In this document: one piece after another, positions 8,656-19,187 of the stretch
Position numbering within the stretch: position 1 is the first letter of the stretch
How the letters are laid out: every line of letters begins with the position of its first letter
Source of the DNA: an uncultured Terracidiphilus sp.
GTDB lineage: Bacteria; Acidobacteriota; Terriglobia; Terriglobales; Acidobacteriaceae
Direction: 5' to 3'
DNA length: 64,000 nt
Assembly: GCA_964460385.1 (NCBI GenBank)
Contig: CAYWSR010000001.1
Location: 381-64,380 of the forward strand
Translations under genes and position numbers: made by a program
The notes under the pieces: generated by a model
What the model saw: the letters and a program-made list of their open reading frames with translations, nothing else
Told to the model about the DNA's origin: nothing
Databases searched by the model: none

Positions 8656-10566
8656 GTGCGAGAGGGCGAGACGGCGGACGGCACGCGCGGACGGCAGGTT
8701 GAGGCGGGCAACAGGGAAAAGGGCGGACGACCAAAGTACGCAAGGCCAGCCCAGCGCTGGCACATCGTAGAGACAAATCAGGATGAGTCCGTGGCACTGG
8801 CGCGCGAGGCGCGGCTGCCCGAGGTGCTGGCAGCGCTGTTGCTGACGCGGGGCGTTCGGAGCGCCGAAGAGGCGTTCGCGTTTCTGAATCCCGAGATCGC
8901 CCACCTGCACGATCCGATGCGCATGAAGGACATGGAAGCAGCGGTTGAACGGCTGGAGCGGGCGATTGCGCAACGGGAGCCGGTGCTGCTGTATGGGGAC
9001 TACGACGTCGACGGCACAACGGCAGTGGTGCTGCTGAAGACGGCGATCGAGATGTGCGGGGGCGAGGCGCGGTTCCATGTGCCGCACAGGCTGCGCGAAG
9101 GATACGGCCTGCAGACGAGCGTGCTGGAGGCTGCGTACGCCGAGGGCGTGCGGCTGGTGATCACGGTGGATACGGGGATGCGCGCGGTGGCCGAAGCGGA
9201 TGCGGCGCGGCAGCTTGGGCTGGACCTGATCATCACCGACCATCACTTGCCCGCGGCCGACGAACAGCCGCCCCATGCGCTGGCAATTCTGAATCCGAAT
9301 CAGCCGGGGTGCGAGTATCCCGAGAAAGGGCTGTGCGGCGCGGCGATTGCACTCAAGCTGGCAGAGGCGCTGCTCATCGGGCACGATGCGCAGCGGGCGA
9401 TTCGGACAAGGGAAAAGACGCTGCCGAGTTTTCTAAAAATGGCGGCGATTGCGACCATTGCCGATGCGGTACCGCTGAAGGGCGAGAACCGGACAATTGC
9501 CACGCTGGGATTGCGGGGACTGCGACGGCCTGCAGGAGCGGGTCTGCGGGCGCTGTTCAAGGTGGCATCGCTCGATCCGGCGACCAAGGAGCTGACCGGG
9601 TATGACGTGGCGTTTCGCCTCGCGCCGCGGATCAATGCCGCAGGAAGGATGGATGTAGCGTCGGAGGTGATCGAGCTGTTTTCGACGCGGAGCGCGGAGC
9701 GCGCAGAAGAGCTGGCGGCGAAGCTGGACCGGCTGAATCGCGAGCGTCGCGACGAGGAAGCGCGGGCGCTCGGGTCGATTGAGGCTCGGCTCGCAGCGGA
9801 TGAACAGCTTGCAGCGGACGAGCTGCTGGTGGTGGATGGAGAAGGCTGGCACCGAGGAGTGATCGGGATCCTTGCGTCTCGGGTGGTGGAGCGGACGGCA
9901 AAGCCCGCGATTGTGGTGAGCGTGGAGGATGGGCTGGCGCACGGGTCGGGACGATCGGTGGAGGGGTTTCAACTGTTGAATGCGCTGGAGAGCTGCGCGG
10001 ATTTGTTCACGCGCTTTGGCGGCCACGCTTACGCGGTGGGTTTTGCGATGCCTGCGGAGCGGCTGCCGGAGCTCAAGAGCAGGCTGAAGACGTATGCGGC
10101 AAAGGAGCTGGCGGGTCGCAAAGTGGAGCATGTGCTGCGCATTGATGCGGAGCTCGAGCTCGACCGGATCACGCCAGTTCTTGTGGGGTGGTTGCGGAAG
10201 TTGGAGCCGCTTGGGCACGGAAATCCGGAGCCTTTGTTTCTGGCGCGGAAGGCGCGGGTGCTCACTGCGCCGCGGACTATGAAGGAGAAGCACATCCGGC
10301 TGGATCTAGCGCAAAGCCGCGAGACGACCCGCGAGGGCGCGCGGGAGGGATTGCCCCAGGGTATATCGCTACGGCCGGGCGCGACCGGGACGATGAAAGC
10401 AGTGGGGTGGGATATGGCGGCGCGCGTGGCCGAGCTGGGAATTCGCGAGGGAAGTCTGATCGATGTTGCCTACAAGATTCGCGAGAACGATCATCCGGAG
10501 TATGGAGGGATCGAGATTCAGATGGTGGGCGCGAGAATCAGCGAGGCACTGCATGCAGCGGTCTGA
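8656..10566 (+). CDS. recJ: Single-stranded-DNA-specific exonuclease RecJ
   Basis: YGDYDVDG, TVDTG, ITDHH, IADAVPL, PRINAAGR, FGGH motifs. Confidence 0.97.
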   Translation: MREGETADGTRGRQVEAGNREKGGRPKYARPAQRWHIVETNQDESVALAREARLPEVLAALLLTRGVRSAEEAFAFLNPEIAHLHDPMRMKDMEAAVERLERAIAQREPVLLYGDYDVDGTTAVVLLKTAIEMCGGEARFHVPHRLREGYGLQTSVLEAAYAEGVRLVITVDTGMRAVAEADAARQLGLDLIITDHHLPAADEQPPHALAILNPNQPGCEYPEKGLCGAAIALKLAEALLIGHDAQRAIRTREKTLPSFLKMAAIATIADAVPLKGENRTIATLGLRGLRRPAGAGLRALFKVASLDPATKELTGYDVAFRLAPRINAAGRMDVASEVIELFSTRSAERAEELAAKLDRLNRERRDEEARALGSIEARLAADEQLAADELLVVDGEGWHRGVIGILASRVVERTAKPAIVVSVEDGLAHGSGRSVEGFQLLNALESCADLFTRFGGHAYAVGFAMPAERLPELKSRLKTYAAKELAGRKVEHVLRIDAELELDRITPVLVGWLRKLEPLGHGNPEPLFLARKARVLTAPRTMKEKHIRLDLAQSRETTREGAREGLPQGISLRPGATGTMKAVGWDMAARVAELGIREGSLIDVAYKIRENDHPEYGGIEIQMVGARISEALHAAV

Positions 10567-10676
10567 CCTCGAAGGGTATCCGTGCAATTTCCCAGTAGGC
10601 ATCCAACCGCCAGGAAAAAGCGTTCTGTTTGCCTCGCCTGGACGCATTGGGGCAAACAGGTTCGGCAGCGCAGCTT

Positions 10677-11414
10677 CTACTTGCTCTTAGGAGCGGGAGG
10701 CAGAGGAGCTTGTTCTGCTTTTGGCAGGTGAATGGCGTCAGGGGGCGTGTCGCGAAAGACCCGTGCGACGCGCGGGTCAGACTGCACCATGGCGACGAAC
10801 GAGTCGACGGCGGTTCCGTGGGCACCTGGTCTGAAGGTGAGTGCGCTGCCTTCGAAGCCGTTCGCCTGAGTTGGAATGAGCCTCAGATATTCAGTCACAA
10901 ATTCGGGAAGGTCTGTGCCGTCGTGCGCCTTCGAGGGATAATCTTCTAGTTTGTGTTCCACAAAATCTTCGATCTGCCGATCGGTCGTTCCGGGGCGATA
11001 GTAAATGATCAATGAAGCTTGCTGATCCGGCCCCACGGCTCGCTCGGGCGGCTCGTGTACCCACGCAACCTTGTCGAATTTCTTGAGAATTCCGATACAG
11101 CCCAAGAAAACCAGATAGGTAGCAACGCCAGTGCTGAGGAGAACTATTCCTGTGGAGCGCGTGCGCCAGTAAATCATGAGCAGGAGGCCAATCGCTACAA
11201 AGACACAGCCGACCATGAAAACCTCGGCGAAGCTGTACGAAGCAACATAGCCAAAGGCGATACGTGAGCAGTCGATAGCTGCCCAGAAAGCGAATCCCAG
11301 ACCCGCTGCCACGATGACGCTTGCTGCAATCCAGCGATGCAGCAGCTGGGCGCGGGTCAAAGGCGCAGTTGATTCAAAGACCGGCATACGCAAGGTTAGC
11401 ACTGGAAAAGGCAT
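10677..11414 (-). CDS. Hypothetical membrane protein
   Basis: Three N-terminal hydrophobic segments plus a soluble domain; start uncertain. Confidence 0.6.
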   Translation of the reverse strand: MPFPVLTLRMPVFESTAPLTRAQLLHRWIAASVIVAAGLGFAFWAAIDCSRIAFGYVASYSFAEVFMVGCVFVAIGLLLMIYWRTRSTGIVLLSTGVATYLVFLGCIGILKKFDKVAWVHEPPERAVGPDQQASLIIYYRPGTTDRQIEDFVEHKLEDYPSKAHDGTDLPEFVTEYLRLIPTQANGFEGSALTFRPGAHGTAVDSFVAMVQSDPRVARVFRDTPPDAIHLPKAEQAPLPPAPKSK

Positions 11415-11594
11415 GGGGGACCAGTTCCCAGCTGCAAGCAGCTGCCCATCAGTACATGACCGATATCGGAGTTAAATGGCCGAATTCAGTGTTGGCTTCT
11501 CAAACGTGAACTGAAGCTAGTTTGAGTGAAGTTCTGGGCGAATCACCGGCAGTCCGAAAACCGCGCACTGCCTCTCGATGACAAATCAGGCTCA

Positions 11595-11634
11595 AAACAA
11601 TGAGGTCCGCCGGTTGGGGCGGACCTCATTGTTT
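11595..11634 (-). terminator. Intrinsic terminator
   Basis: Perfect 17-bp inverted repeat AAACAATGAGGTCCGCC/GGCGGACCTCATTGTTT just downstream of the YXWGXW gene. Confidence 0.8.
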
Positions 11635-11662
11635 CAGTGGAGGGCCAAACTGCGTTGCGAGC

Positions 11663-12547
11663 TTAGTGTTGCTCGTCCTTCTTTTCCTTTTCGGGCTTCG
11701 GTTTCTTCTCGGGCTTGGCGTTGCTTTCCTTCTGCTCGGGCTGGTGAGTTGTGCCCGCGTTGTTGGGGTGAGCGTACCCGTCGTTGCTGGGGTGGATGTT
11801 CCCTTCCGTAGTACCGCGGTTCTCGTTGCTGAAGGAATGGTTTTCGCCTCCCAGCGGACGGTCAAGCGCGGTGTGCTGGGGGTTGCCGCCGTTGAACTTG
11901 GCGTAGGCCGAGTGGTCGCTGCGGAAGGTGTTCTCGTGCTGGGCCTGGAACGAAGTTGGACCGGTGTGCTGGTCGCGGTCGGCGATGCGCTCTTCCGGCG
12001 CGGGCTGGTGATTGATGCCGCCAGGGCCGCCGTTGTAGGAAACCCGCGTGTTGTTGATGATGGTGTTGCGCTCGACGATGGTGCGATCTTCATAGACGCG
12101 ATCGCCCCAGCCGCCGCCGACGCCAACGTGCATCACCGCTGTGTTGTAGGCGAAGAAACCGCCGCGCCACATGCCGCCGTAGAAGCCGATGCCGCCGTAG
12201 CCGTAGCCGTAGTTGACTCCGCCGTAGTAGCCGACGTGCTGACCCCAATAGCCGGGGTGCCAAACGAAGAAGCCGCCGAACCAGCCCCAGTAACCGGGGG
12301 TCCAGAGGGCGCCGACGTAGGGCGCGGGCTCCCATGCGCCCGGAACCCAATAGTAGTCATCTTCACCATAGGCCCAATAGCCGGGAACCCACATAAGACC
12401 GGGCTCAGGGCAGACAGGCTGGGCATACACGGGCAGGACGGGGGGCGCGAAACCGACGCTGATAAAGACTCCCGCCTGAGACGACAGGGGGACGATGATG
12501 ACGACGAAAGCCAGCAGGAGCCAGCGGACAGAACGAGCAAGTCGCAT
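11663..12547 (-). CDS. Secreted YXWGXW (WXXGXW) repeat protein
   Basis: Signal peptide; WVPGYW, WVPGAW, WTPGYW, WHPGYW repeats; YYGGVNYGYGY. Confidence 0.9.
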   Translation of the reverse strand: MRLARSVRWLLLAFVVIIVPLSSQAGVFISVGFAPPVLPVYAQPVCPEPGLMWVPGYWAYGEDDYYWVPGAWEPAPYVGALWTPGYWGWFGGFFVWHPGYWGQHVGYYGGVNYGYGYGGIGFYGGMWRGGFFAYNTAVMHVGVGGGWGDRVYEDRTIVERNTIINNTRVSYNGGPGGINHQPAPEERIADRDQHTGPTSFQAQHENTFRSDHSAYAKFNGGNPQHTALDRPLGGENHSFSNENRGTTEGNIHPSNDGYAHPNNAGTTHQPEQKESNAKPEKKPKPEKEKKDEQH

Positions 12548-12847
12548 GGAAAAAACCCTCCGGGATGTAATTTAAACCACGAGGGCTCCGCTAGCGCGGG
12601 GCCTCTCCGTGCATTCGTTGGTAAGAACCCTGGAGGTGGGAAGAAGTTGCTCGATTGAGGCACTGCGTACTGGCATTGCACGCAGCGGAAGACACGTCGT
12701 GGGTACTGGTCGCGATTTCTGCGTACAGCAGGTATTGAATTCCGCAGAACCCGCTTTGCGGCATGACGGGCGGGCAAAGTGAGGGAACCCGCGGCGCTCC
12801 GCGGGCTCCGGTGGAATTGCGAACTGATCCGGTTGGGGTGAGCGAGT

Positions 12848-13900
12848 CTAGTTCGTTTTCTTGTCCTTGTCAGTTTTGGGCTTGGGGGCAGGCTTGGGAG
12901 CGGGCTTTTTGTCTGTGCTGTTGGGGTGCGAGTTCGGGACCGGCGACGGCTGAGTGTTTGCGGTCGGCGGAGTTCCAGGAGTCTGGCCTCCCGATGAAGC
13001 GGGATTGTGTTCGAGTTCGTTGCCGGCCGGAGGGCGCTGACCCGATTCCGGGCGAAACTCCTGCTGTCCGTTCGGTGCCTGTTCGACTTTATTATTCCCG
13101 TGACGATAGCGAGCGTCGGCATCTGGCTGTCCGGGCTGGTCGTGTTGCACGTAAAGATCGCGATGCTCATTCCAGTCGCGGTGTTCGTGGCTGGGGTCAG
13201 CGAACAGAGGGGTCGCATAGGTCAGCTGCGCGGGTTGGCCGTGGTTGGTGTTGTACCAGTAGGCCTGGTCGTCGCGGAAGCGGGACTCGTACTGCTGCTG
13301 GAAGCCGGTGGGCTCCCAGTGCTTCTCGTGTTCGACAGCTTGCTCCTCAGGGCTGATGTGGTAGTTGACGCCGCCGGGGCCGCCGTTGAAGCCCGAGTGG
13401 TTTTCGCGCTCAATGTAGCCACGATCGACAAGGCCCGGGTCGCGAAAAGTCTCGCGGACCCAGCGGTTGTCAACCCGGACGATCTCAAGATTGTAGGCGA
13501 AGAGGCTGCCGTGCCATACGCCGCCGGAATAGCCGTATCCGCCGTAGCCGTAGCCGTAGTTGACGCCGCCGTAGTATCCGACGTGGAAGCTCCAGTAGCC
13601 GCCGTGCCAGGTGTACAGGGTGAAGGGATGGTGAGACCAGTTCCAGTGGCCGGGAGTCCACATTGCGCCCGCGAAGGGAGGCTCGACCCATGCGCCGGGA
13701 ACCCAGTAGTAGCTGCGCTGATTCCACGCCCAGTAGCCGGGGACCCAGACGAGGTTCTGGTCGGGACAGGGCGGCTGGTCGTAGGCAGGCAGCGGTGGTG
13801 GCATAAGGCTGACGCTGATGATGGCCCCGGCAAAGGAGCGAAGCGGGAACAGAGAGAGCAGGAGCGCAAGCACAATGCGTGCGGTGCGGAAGCGTCCCAT
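12848..13900 (-). CDS. Secreted YXWGXW repeat protein (tandem paralogue)
   Basis: Same architecture as neighbour; ATG at 13900 with GAGGT RBS. Confidence 0.9.
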   Translation of the reverse strand: MGRFRTARIVLALLLSLFPLRSFAGAIISVSLMPPPLPAYDQPPCPDQNLVWVPGYWAWNQRSYYWVPGAWVEPPFAGAMWTPGHWNWSHHPFTLYTWHGGYWSFHVGYYGGVNYGYGYGGYGYSGGVWHGSLFAYNLEIVRVDNRWVRETFRDPGLVDRGYIERENHSGFNGGPGGVNYHISPEEQAVEHEKHWEPTGFQQQYESRFRDDQAYWYNTNHGQPAQLTYATPLFADPSHEHRDWNEHRDLYVQHDQPGQPDADARYRHGNNKVEQAPNGQQEFRPESGQRPPAGNELEHNPASSGGQTPGTPPTANTQPSPVPNSHPNSTDKKPAPKPAPKPKTDKDKKTN

Positions 13901-14093
13901 GAGGCACCTCGAATTGAATTGGAAGAAGCCGAAACTGGAGTTCAAAGGCGGCAGGAATACGGTGGGGCCCAGGGAAAACGAGTAGCGCGATCAGTGTACA
14001 CATCGGAGAGCACTGCTGGGGACTGCGTTGAGAAGCCGGGTAGCGGAAAGGTGGGAAGGGGACGCAAGACGCGAGAGACCCGAGCGCCCGGGT

Positions 14094-14984
14094 TCAGTGG
14101 GCGCGATCACTTGCCAGGACCTGGCCGCTCGGTGGCCCCGGGTAGCCCGGCGCTGGCTTCTCAATTTGGTCGATCGCGAGGACATCTACCGTCTCTGTGG
14201 CCGGCACCAACTCCAGCCCGAGCTGCTCTTCGAGAGCCGTGAAAATGGAGTGGCCGCCACTTGGCGTGCCACCTTTGCTGTCCGGAGTCCACTTGAGCGA
14301 GTAAAGGAAGGTTCTGGTTCCCAGGCCCGTTTTATCGATAACGACGCGGCCTGCGGGCTCTGCGAGATTGCCGGCGAGGCTCTGCATTGTGCCGTGATTC
14401 CGCCATTCTCCAGGCACGAAGTACGAGGCCCCCTCCTGCCCCTGCTGGATGTCGCGATCCGCAATCTTCAGTCCTGCTTTGGCGACCACCAGTTCGTAAA
14501 CAGGCAGTTCGCGAGTTTCGCGGTGCGCCTTGAGCTGACACCGGACGGCGAGAACCGCCTGCATCATTAACTGCCGCTGTTTCATCTGCTCGCCGATGGG
14601 GAGTTGCTTGAACGCCTCGAGCTTGTCTGGGGCCATCGTGGTTGACAGATCGTAGCGGTCGGTCCCGACCCACTCTGGAAACCCGAATATCTGGCGGATG
14701 CCAAGGCCGTACGCGTCGGCGATCGGGGTCAGCAGCGGCACGTCCGACGTCGACCACATGTTTGGTATGCCCCACCACAAAAAGCCATGGCCATTTTGGT
14801 GTTCCGGGGGAACGGGATAGATAGTGACCGAGTCAAAGGCGAAGGATGCCGGCGCGTCGGCCTGAACAGCGGGGCCGGCTGGGATCTGCGCGCTGGAGGC
14901 GGCAGAACCCGCCAAAAGGAACAATGATGGGGCGGACAAAACGGCAACCCAGGTCAATTGGCTAGAGCGGGCGAGTATGCGCAT
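14094..14984 (-). CDS. TIGR03435 (DUF3738) family protein
   Basis: FAFDSVTI..P, RELPVYELVVAK, RVVIDKTGL, SIFTALEEQLGLEL. Confidence 0.85.
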   Translation of the reverse strand: MRILARSSQLTWVAVLSAPSLFLLAGSAASSAQIPAGPAVQADAPASFAFDSVTIYPVPPEHQNGHGFLWWGIPNMWSTSDVPLLTPIADAYGLGIRQIFGFPEWVGTDRYDLSTTMAPDKLEAFKQLPIGEQMKQRQLMMQAVLAVRCQLKAHRETRELPVYELVVAKAGLKIADRDIQQGQEGASYFVPGEWRNHGTMQSLAGNLAEPAGRVVIDKTGLGTRTFLYSLKWTPDSKGGTPSGGHSIFTALEEQLGLELVPATETVDVLAIDQIEKPAPGYPGPPSGQVLASDRAH

Positions 14985-15182
14985 GTCTGATACACACCTT
15001 CCTGAGCGAACAGGGAGCAGATCCCTGATTTGGCGGACCGGAATCGACGCAGACAGTATAGCGTCTGCGCAAGACTCTGGATTTTGCAGCTCGAGAAGAC
15101 AGACGCGACAGCAGCTTCGAGCGTTCGGACGGCTGAAGTACATCTATTGCGAGGAATAGCGGTTCGTTGACTCAAGTTGAAA

Positions 15183-15617
15183 TCAATGTTGAATGCTTGT
15201 CTGTTCAATTCCATATTGAATTGCTGCTTTAAGTACGTCGATTTTTATATATGCTAGTGTTTTGAATTTGATGCAATACCCCGTGACGCTTGCTTTGCCG
15301 AGTTTCTGCCCAAATGTCTGGGCCAGGTACTTCCTGTCATTGATTCCCATAATGTAGACAGAAATGCCTGTTGTATTCGCGCTTATTCCGATTTGATAGA
15401 ATTCCCTGGTTTTTCCATCGGCATATTTAGTGGTTTGAGATCCATATCCAATGTTTGGGTTGGAAACGATTTTTCCCTTCTCGTCTTTTCCATCGAGGAA
15501 CCACAATTTGCAACCTGGCATCAACGCCAAAATCATGTGATGCAACTGTTGCATTTCGCTCCGTTTCGATTCCGGTTGAGTGGCAATGTGCAGCTTGATT
15601 TGTTCCTGGACGTTCAT
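15183..15617 (-). CDS. DUF1801 domain protein
   Basis: IVSNPNIGYG..REFYQIGISANTTGISVY..GKASVTGYCIKFK; AT-rich relative to flanks. Confidence 0.8.
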   Translation of the reverse strand: MNVQEQIKLHIATQPESKRSEMQQLHHMILALMPGCKLWFLDGKDEKGKIVSNPNIGYGSQTTKYADGKTREFYQIGISANTTGISVYIMGINDRKYLAQTFGQKLGKASVTGYCIKFKTLAYIKIDVLKAAIQYGIEQTSIQH

Positions 15618-15799
15618 GTAAATCTCCTTGGCTCGGAGCGGTAACAATTCAGTGCTCCGGCTTCAGGCCAGGGCATTCATCGAGGGGCTGCCGGCGAATG
15701 GCAGGCCGCGATCAGGTTTCCCGTTGGTCAGCGATCTCTAATGGTTGTCGGCAAGGATCACGGCAGCAAAAGCGCAGGCGACCGCAACCGAGCCGGGCG

Positions 15800-16789
15800 C
15801 TACTTGCCAGGGCGAATGCTGAGGCCGACGCCGATGATATGGCGGGCCTGGAGGTTGATTGCCAGCGGCGCATAGGGCTGCGACGGATTTCCCGTGGGAA
15901 CCAGGGTTGTACCGATCATCCCGGCAACCTGCCCGACGCCCACGTCGAATGCAAAGTGCGGATGTTCCTTCTGCGTTACGCGGACGGCGTAGTCGAGCGT
16001 GGTAGGCAGGTGGGCGGAGGCGCCGGGGGGATAGATGATGGCGTTGAGATTGACTGCGGTGGGCGGCTCCTGGGAGAAGCCCGCGGAGGGCACGATGGCG
16101 GTCTTCCAAGGGCCGGGGAGCGGGATTCCGAGACCGCCGAAGAAGCGGCTCTGGAAACTGGTGGCTTGGCCGCCAAGACCATAAATGGCTGCGTTGGTTT
16201 CCTTCCAGCCGAGGTTGATGAGAAATGGAAGCGGCGGATGCAGCCAGGTCTTGGTGACAGAGACGTAGATATCGCCGTTGATGTAGGCCTTGGCCGGAAC
16301 GGATTCGCCCTGCGAGGCTGCGATTTCCTGATAAAGCGCACCGCTGACGAACTTGTCGTCGGTGCGCACGACGAAGCCGGCCGCGATGCCCGGCGTCCAT
16401 TTGCCAAACTCGCCGTCCTTGATGGCGACGACTTTGCCGTTGAAGATGTTCATGCCGGCAAAGTGCCAGAGGCTGCTGAACGCGGGACTGTCGCCGGTCC
16501 AGTGGACGCTCCGGGTGTAGCCGAGCTCGGCACGGTTGGCGAAGCCCTCAGCGATGCTGAATGTGTGAACGTCGCCGATCACTTGGTTTGCGTTAATGAA
16601 GTGGTAGCCGATGGCGGGCACGGAGAAGAAGTGGCCCTTGGCGGACTCGACGACGTAGGCCGTGGGGGTGATGAAGCCGCCGGTCTGGCCTTCAAGGGTG
16701 AGATTCTGCGCGCCGGCGGGGGCTGGGAACGCCCATGCGACCGTTACGACGATGCCTGCGAGGCTGGCCGATTTCCCAAAGAGTTTCAT
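15800..16789 (-). CDS. Secreted / outer-membrane protein (DUF3034-like)
   Basis: Signal peptide; LEGQTGGFITPTAY motif; beta-rich. Confidence 0.6.
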   Translation of the reverse strand: MKLFGKSASLAGIVVTVAWAFPAPAGAQNLTLEGQTGGFITPTAYVVESAKGHFFSVPAIGYHFINANQVIGDVHTFSIAEGFANRAELGYTRSVHWTGDSPAFSSLWHFAGMNIFNGKVVAIKDGEFGKWTPGIAAGFVVRTDDKFVSGALYQEIAASQGESVPAKAYINGDIYVSVTKTWLHPPLPFLINLGWKETNAAIYGLGGQATSFQSRFFGGLGIPLPGPWKTAIVPSAGFSQEPPTAVNLNAIIYPPGASAHLPTTLDYAVRVTQKEHPHFAFDVGVGQVAGMIGTTLVPTGNPSQPYAPLAINLQARHIIGVGLSIRPGK

Positions 16790-16952
16790 GCACTGGTCCT
16801 TTCAACTGTGCAGAGGTCGTTTGCCTCCGCTTAGCAAAAGCTCCCCTCTTGTAACACAAACGAGAAACTCCCGTCTGTGAACGCCGCACAGGCGCGCTTG
16901 GGTTCCTTGGGGAGCGCGGCTCGGGATTTCGCGGCGGTGATAGACTCCTCCC

Positions 16953-17618
16953 ATGACGCGGGGGTTGTTCATCACGCTTGAGGGGCTGGACGGGTCGGGA
17001 AAGACGACGCAGATGCGGCGGCTGACGGCGTGGCTCACCAAGCGACTGGGCGACGAAGCGGTGGTGGTAACGCGGCAGCCAGGGGGGACGGCGACGGGCG
17101 ACAGAATCAGGGCGCTGGTGCTGGATTCGCGGTCGGCGGGCCTCGCGCCGATGACGGAGATGACTCTGATGTTTGCCGACCGGGCGCAGGCGATTCACGA
17201 GGTGATCGAGCCGGCCCTGGCGGCGGGCAAGGTGGTGGTGTGCGACCGGTTTACTGACTCCACTGAGGCCTACCAGGGCGGCGGGCGCGAGCTGGGATCG
17301 ACGACGGTTCTGGAACTCGACCGGCTGGTGTGCGGGGGGTTGAAGCCGGATCTGACGCTGCTGCTGCTACCTCCGTTGAAGGCCAGCCTGGAGCGGGCGC
17401 GGCGGCGCAACGCGCGAGCGGCCGACGAGGACGGGGACGAGAACCGGTTTGAGCAGGAGCAGGAGGGATTCTACGGGCGGGTGTGGGCAAAGTACAAGAA
17501 GATTGCCCAGCGGGAATCGGGGCGGGTTGTGGCGATTGAGGGCGAGCTGACGATTGACGAGGTGCATGAGCGAGTGGTCGCGGTAGTGACGGAAAAGCTG
17601 CTGGCTTCTAGCCGCTAG
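16953..17618 (+). CDS. tmk: dTMP kinase
   Basis: FITLEGLDGSGKTTQ, TRQPGGT, CDRFTDSTEAYQG. Confidence 0.96.
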   Translation: MTRGLFITLEGLDGSGKTTQMRRLTAWLTKRLGDEAVVVTRQPGGTATGDRIRALVLDSRSAGLAPMTEMTLMFADRAQAIHEVIEPALAAGKVVVCDRFTDSTEAYQGGGRELGSTTVLELDRLVCGGLKPDLTLLLLPPLKASLERARRRNARAADEDGDENRFEQEQEGFYGRVWAKYKKIAQRESGRVVAIEGELTIDEVHERVVAVVTEKLLASSR

Positions 17619-17697
17619 CTTCTAGCTTTCAGCTCTCAGCTAAGTGCTGCTCGCTCGCGGCTAAGGGCTGATAGCTGGCAGCTGAGAGCTGACCTCT
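17601..17697. repeat. Heptamer (AGCTNNN-type) tandem array in inverted arrangement
   Basis: CTAGCTT CTAGCTT TCAGCTC TCAGCT ... GCTGATA GCTGGCA GCTGAGA GCTGA; similar arrays at 18935-18985, 25776-25802 and 28818-28915. Confidence 0.6.
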
Positions 17698-17721
17698 GAT
17701 GGCTGGTCCGCTGCACCCATT

Positions 17722-18933
17722 ATGAAAAGTCAAGGAAGATCCGGGCCCCTGCGACCATTTAAGCGACTCAAAGGGGATGTCTTGCCTATTTGGAACGGGC
17801 ACGTTGGCGGCGGGCGCCGCAGATCGGGATTTGTGACTCGTTTTCGGACATTTAGCGTCAAATCAGTTGCAGAGCATAGTCTTTCCCGCGAGGGTTTTTC
17901 ATTGAAGAATTCTTTTTTTGAGGTTTGCAGGCCGTGGGCCGGGAGTTGTGCCGGAGTTGTGTTCCTGACTGGCGCGGTGGTGCTGGGGTTCGGGTGTATG
18001 CGCGCACGGGCTCAGGAGGCTTCGCCTGCAACAGGAATAGCAACGCCATCAGCAGCATCGGCGGCCCAGGCCACTCCCCGACAGCCGCTGGCAGCTGAGA
18101 TCGGCGCGTCAAGCCCCGGGACATACTCATCAAGTTCAGGCACGGGCGCATCGGGCGACGGACAGAGCGGGCAGGCTGGACAATCGGTACCGGACGCGCC
18201 AACGCCGCAGGGCCAGACGACACAGCAGGGCCAGTCGACAACGCAAGGTCAAACACAGACCCCGTGCCAGCCGACGCAGCCGGCGCAGGGCTCCGGACAG
18301 GATGCCCGTCAGCCGCAGACGAGCCGAATTCTCGACATCATTCCGAACTTTCGCGCGGTTACCACCGACGAGAAGCTGCCGCCTATGTCGGTGAAGGACA
18401 AATTCGTCGGCGCGACGGAAGACTCATTCGACTACTCGGCGATCTTCATTCCGCTGATGCTTGCGGGCTACTCGGATGCGACGAAGGCGACGCCGGAATT
18501 CGGACACGGCTGGCCAGCCTATGCGCGCTACTTCTGGCATACGGCGGTGGACCAGACCAGCGAGAACTACTGGGTGGAATTCATCGTGCCCTCGGTGACG
18601 CACGAGGACACGCGCTACTACACATTGGGTCGGGGCGGCTTTGTGAAACGGTTCGGGTATGCTCTGAGCCGGGCGGTGATCACGCGCAATGACAAGGGGA
18701 CGGACGAGTTCAACATCAGCGAGATTGTCGGCGCCGGAGCTGCCTCTGGGGTCTCGTCGCTCTACTATCCATCGAAGGAGCGCTCGCTTGGGAACACGGG
18801 ACTGGAGTGGGGGCTGGACGTCGCGATCGATTCGATGAGCTTTGTGGTGAAGGAGTTCTGGCCGGACGTGAACCATGCGCTGTTTCACAGGGGCGACAAG
18901 AGCGGCGCCAGTTCCGCAGCTGCCAGCCAATAG
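17722..18933 (+). CDS. Hypothetical exported protein
   Basis: Q/T/P-rich linker then RILDIIPNF...HEDTRYY..GRGG domain; true start probably downstream of 17722. Confidence 0.7.
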   Translation: MKSQGRSGPLRPFKRLKGDVLPIWNGHVGGGRRRSGFVTRFRTFSVKSVAEHSLSREGFSLKNSFFEVCRPWAGSCAGVVFLTGAVVLGFGCMRARAQEASPATGIATPSAASAAQATPRQPLAAEIGASSPGTYSSSSGTGASGDGQSGQAGQSVPDAPTPQGQTTQQGQSTTQGQTQTPCQPTQPAQGSGQDARQPQTSRILDIIPNFRAVTTDEKLPPMSVKDKFVGATEDSFDYSAIFIPLMLAGYSDATKATPEFGHGWPAYARYFWHTAVDQTSENYWVEFIVPSVTHEDTRYYTLGRGGFVKRFGYALSRAVITRNDKGTDEFNISEIVGAGAASGVSSLYYPSKERSLGNTGLEWGLDVAIDSMSFVVKEFWPDVNHALFHRGDKSGASSAAASQ

Positions 18934-19187
18934 AATCCAGCTCTTAGCTGCTCGGTGATGGCTGAGAGCTGGCGGCTGACGGCTTGAGCAAGTACTCGCG
19001 TCTCCGGCAGGAAGGCGACCAATCTCGGACCTCGATGCACTGAATCAGTTTGATTTCAAACTGACCCTCCACCATCGCCCGACCCTGCCCTCGTTTCCTG
19101 TGACACTTGCGAAACTGTCACAGGTTCGCTCCACCGGATGCTTGCCTCCGTGTCTCATCGACACAACGCAACCACAGGAGGCTGTTT

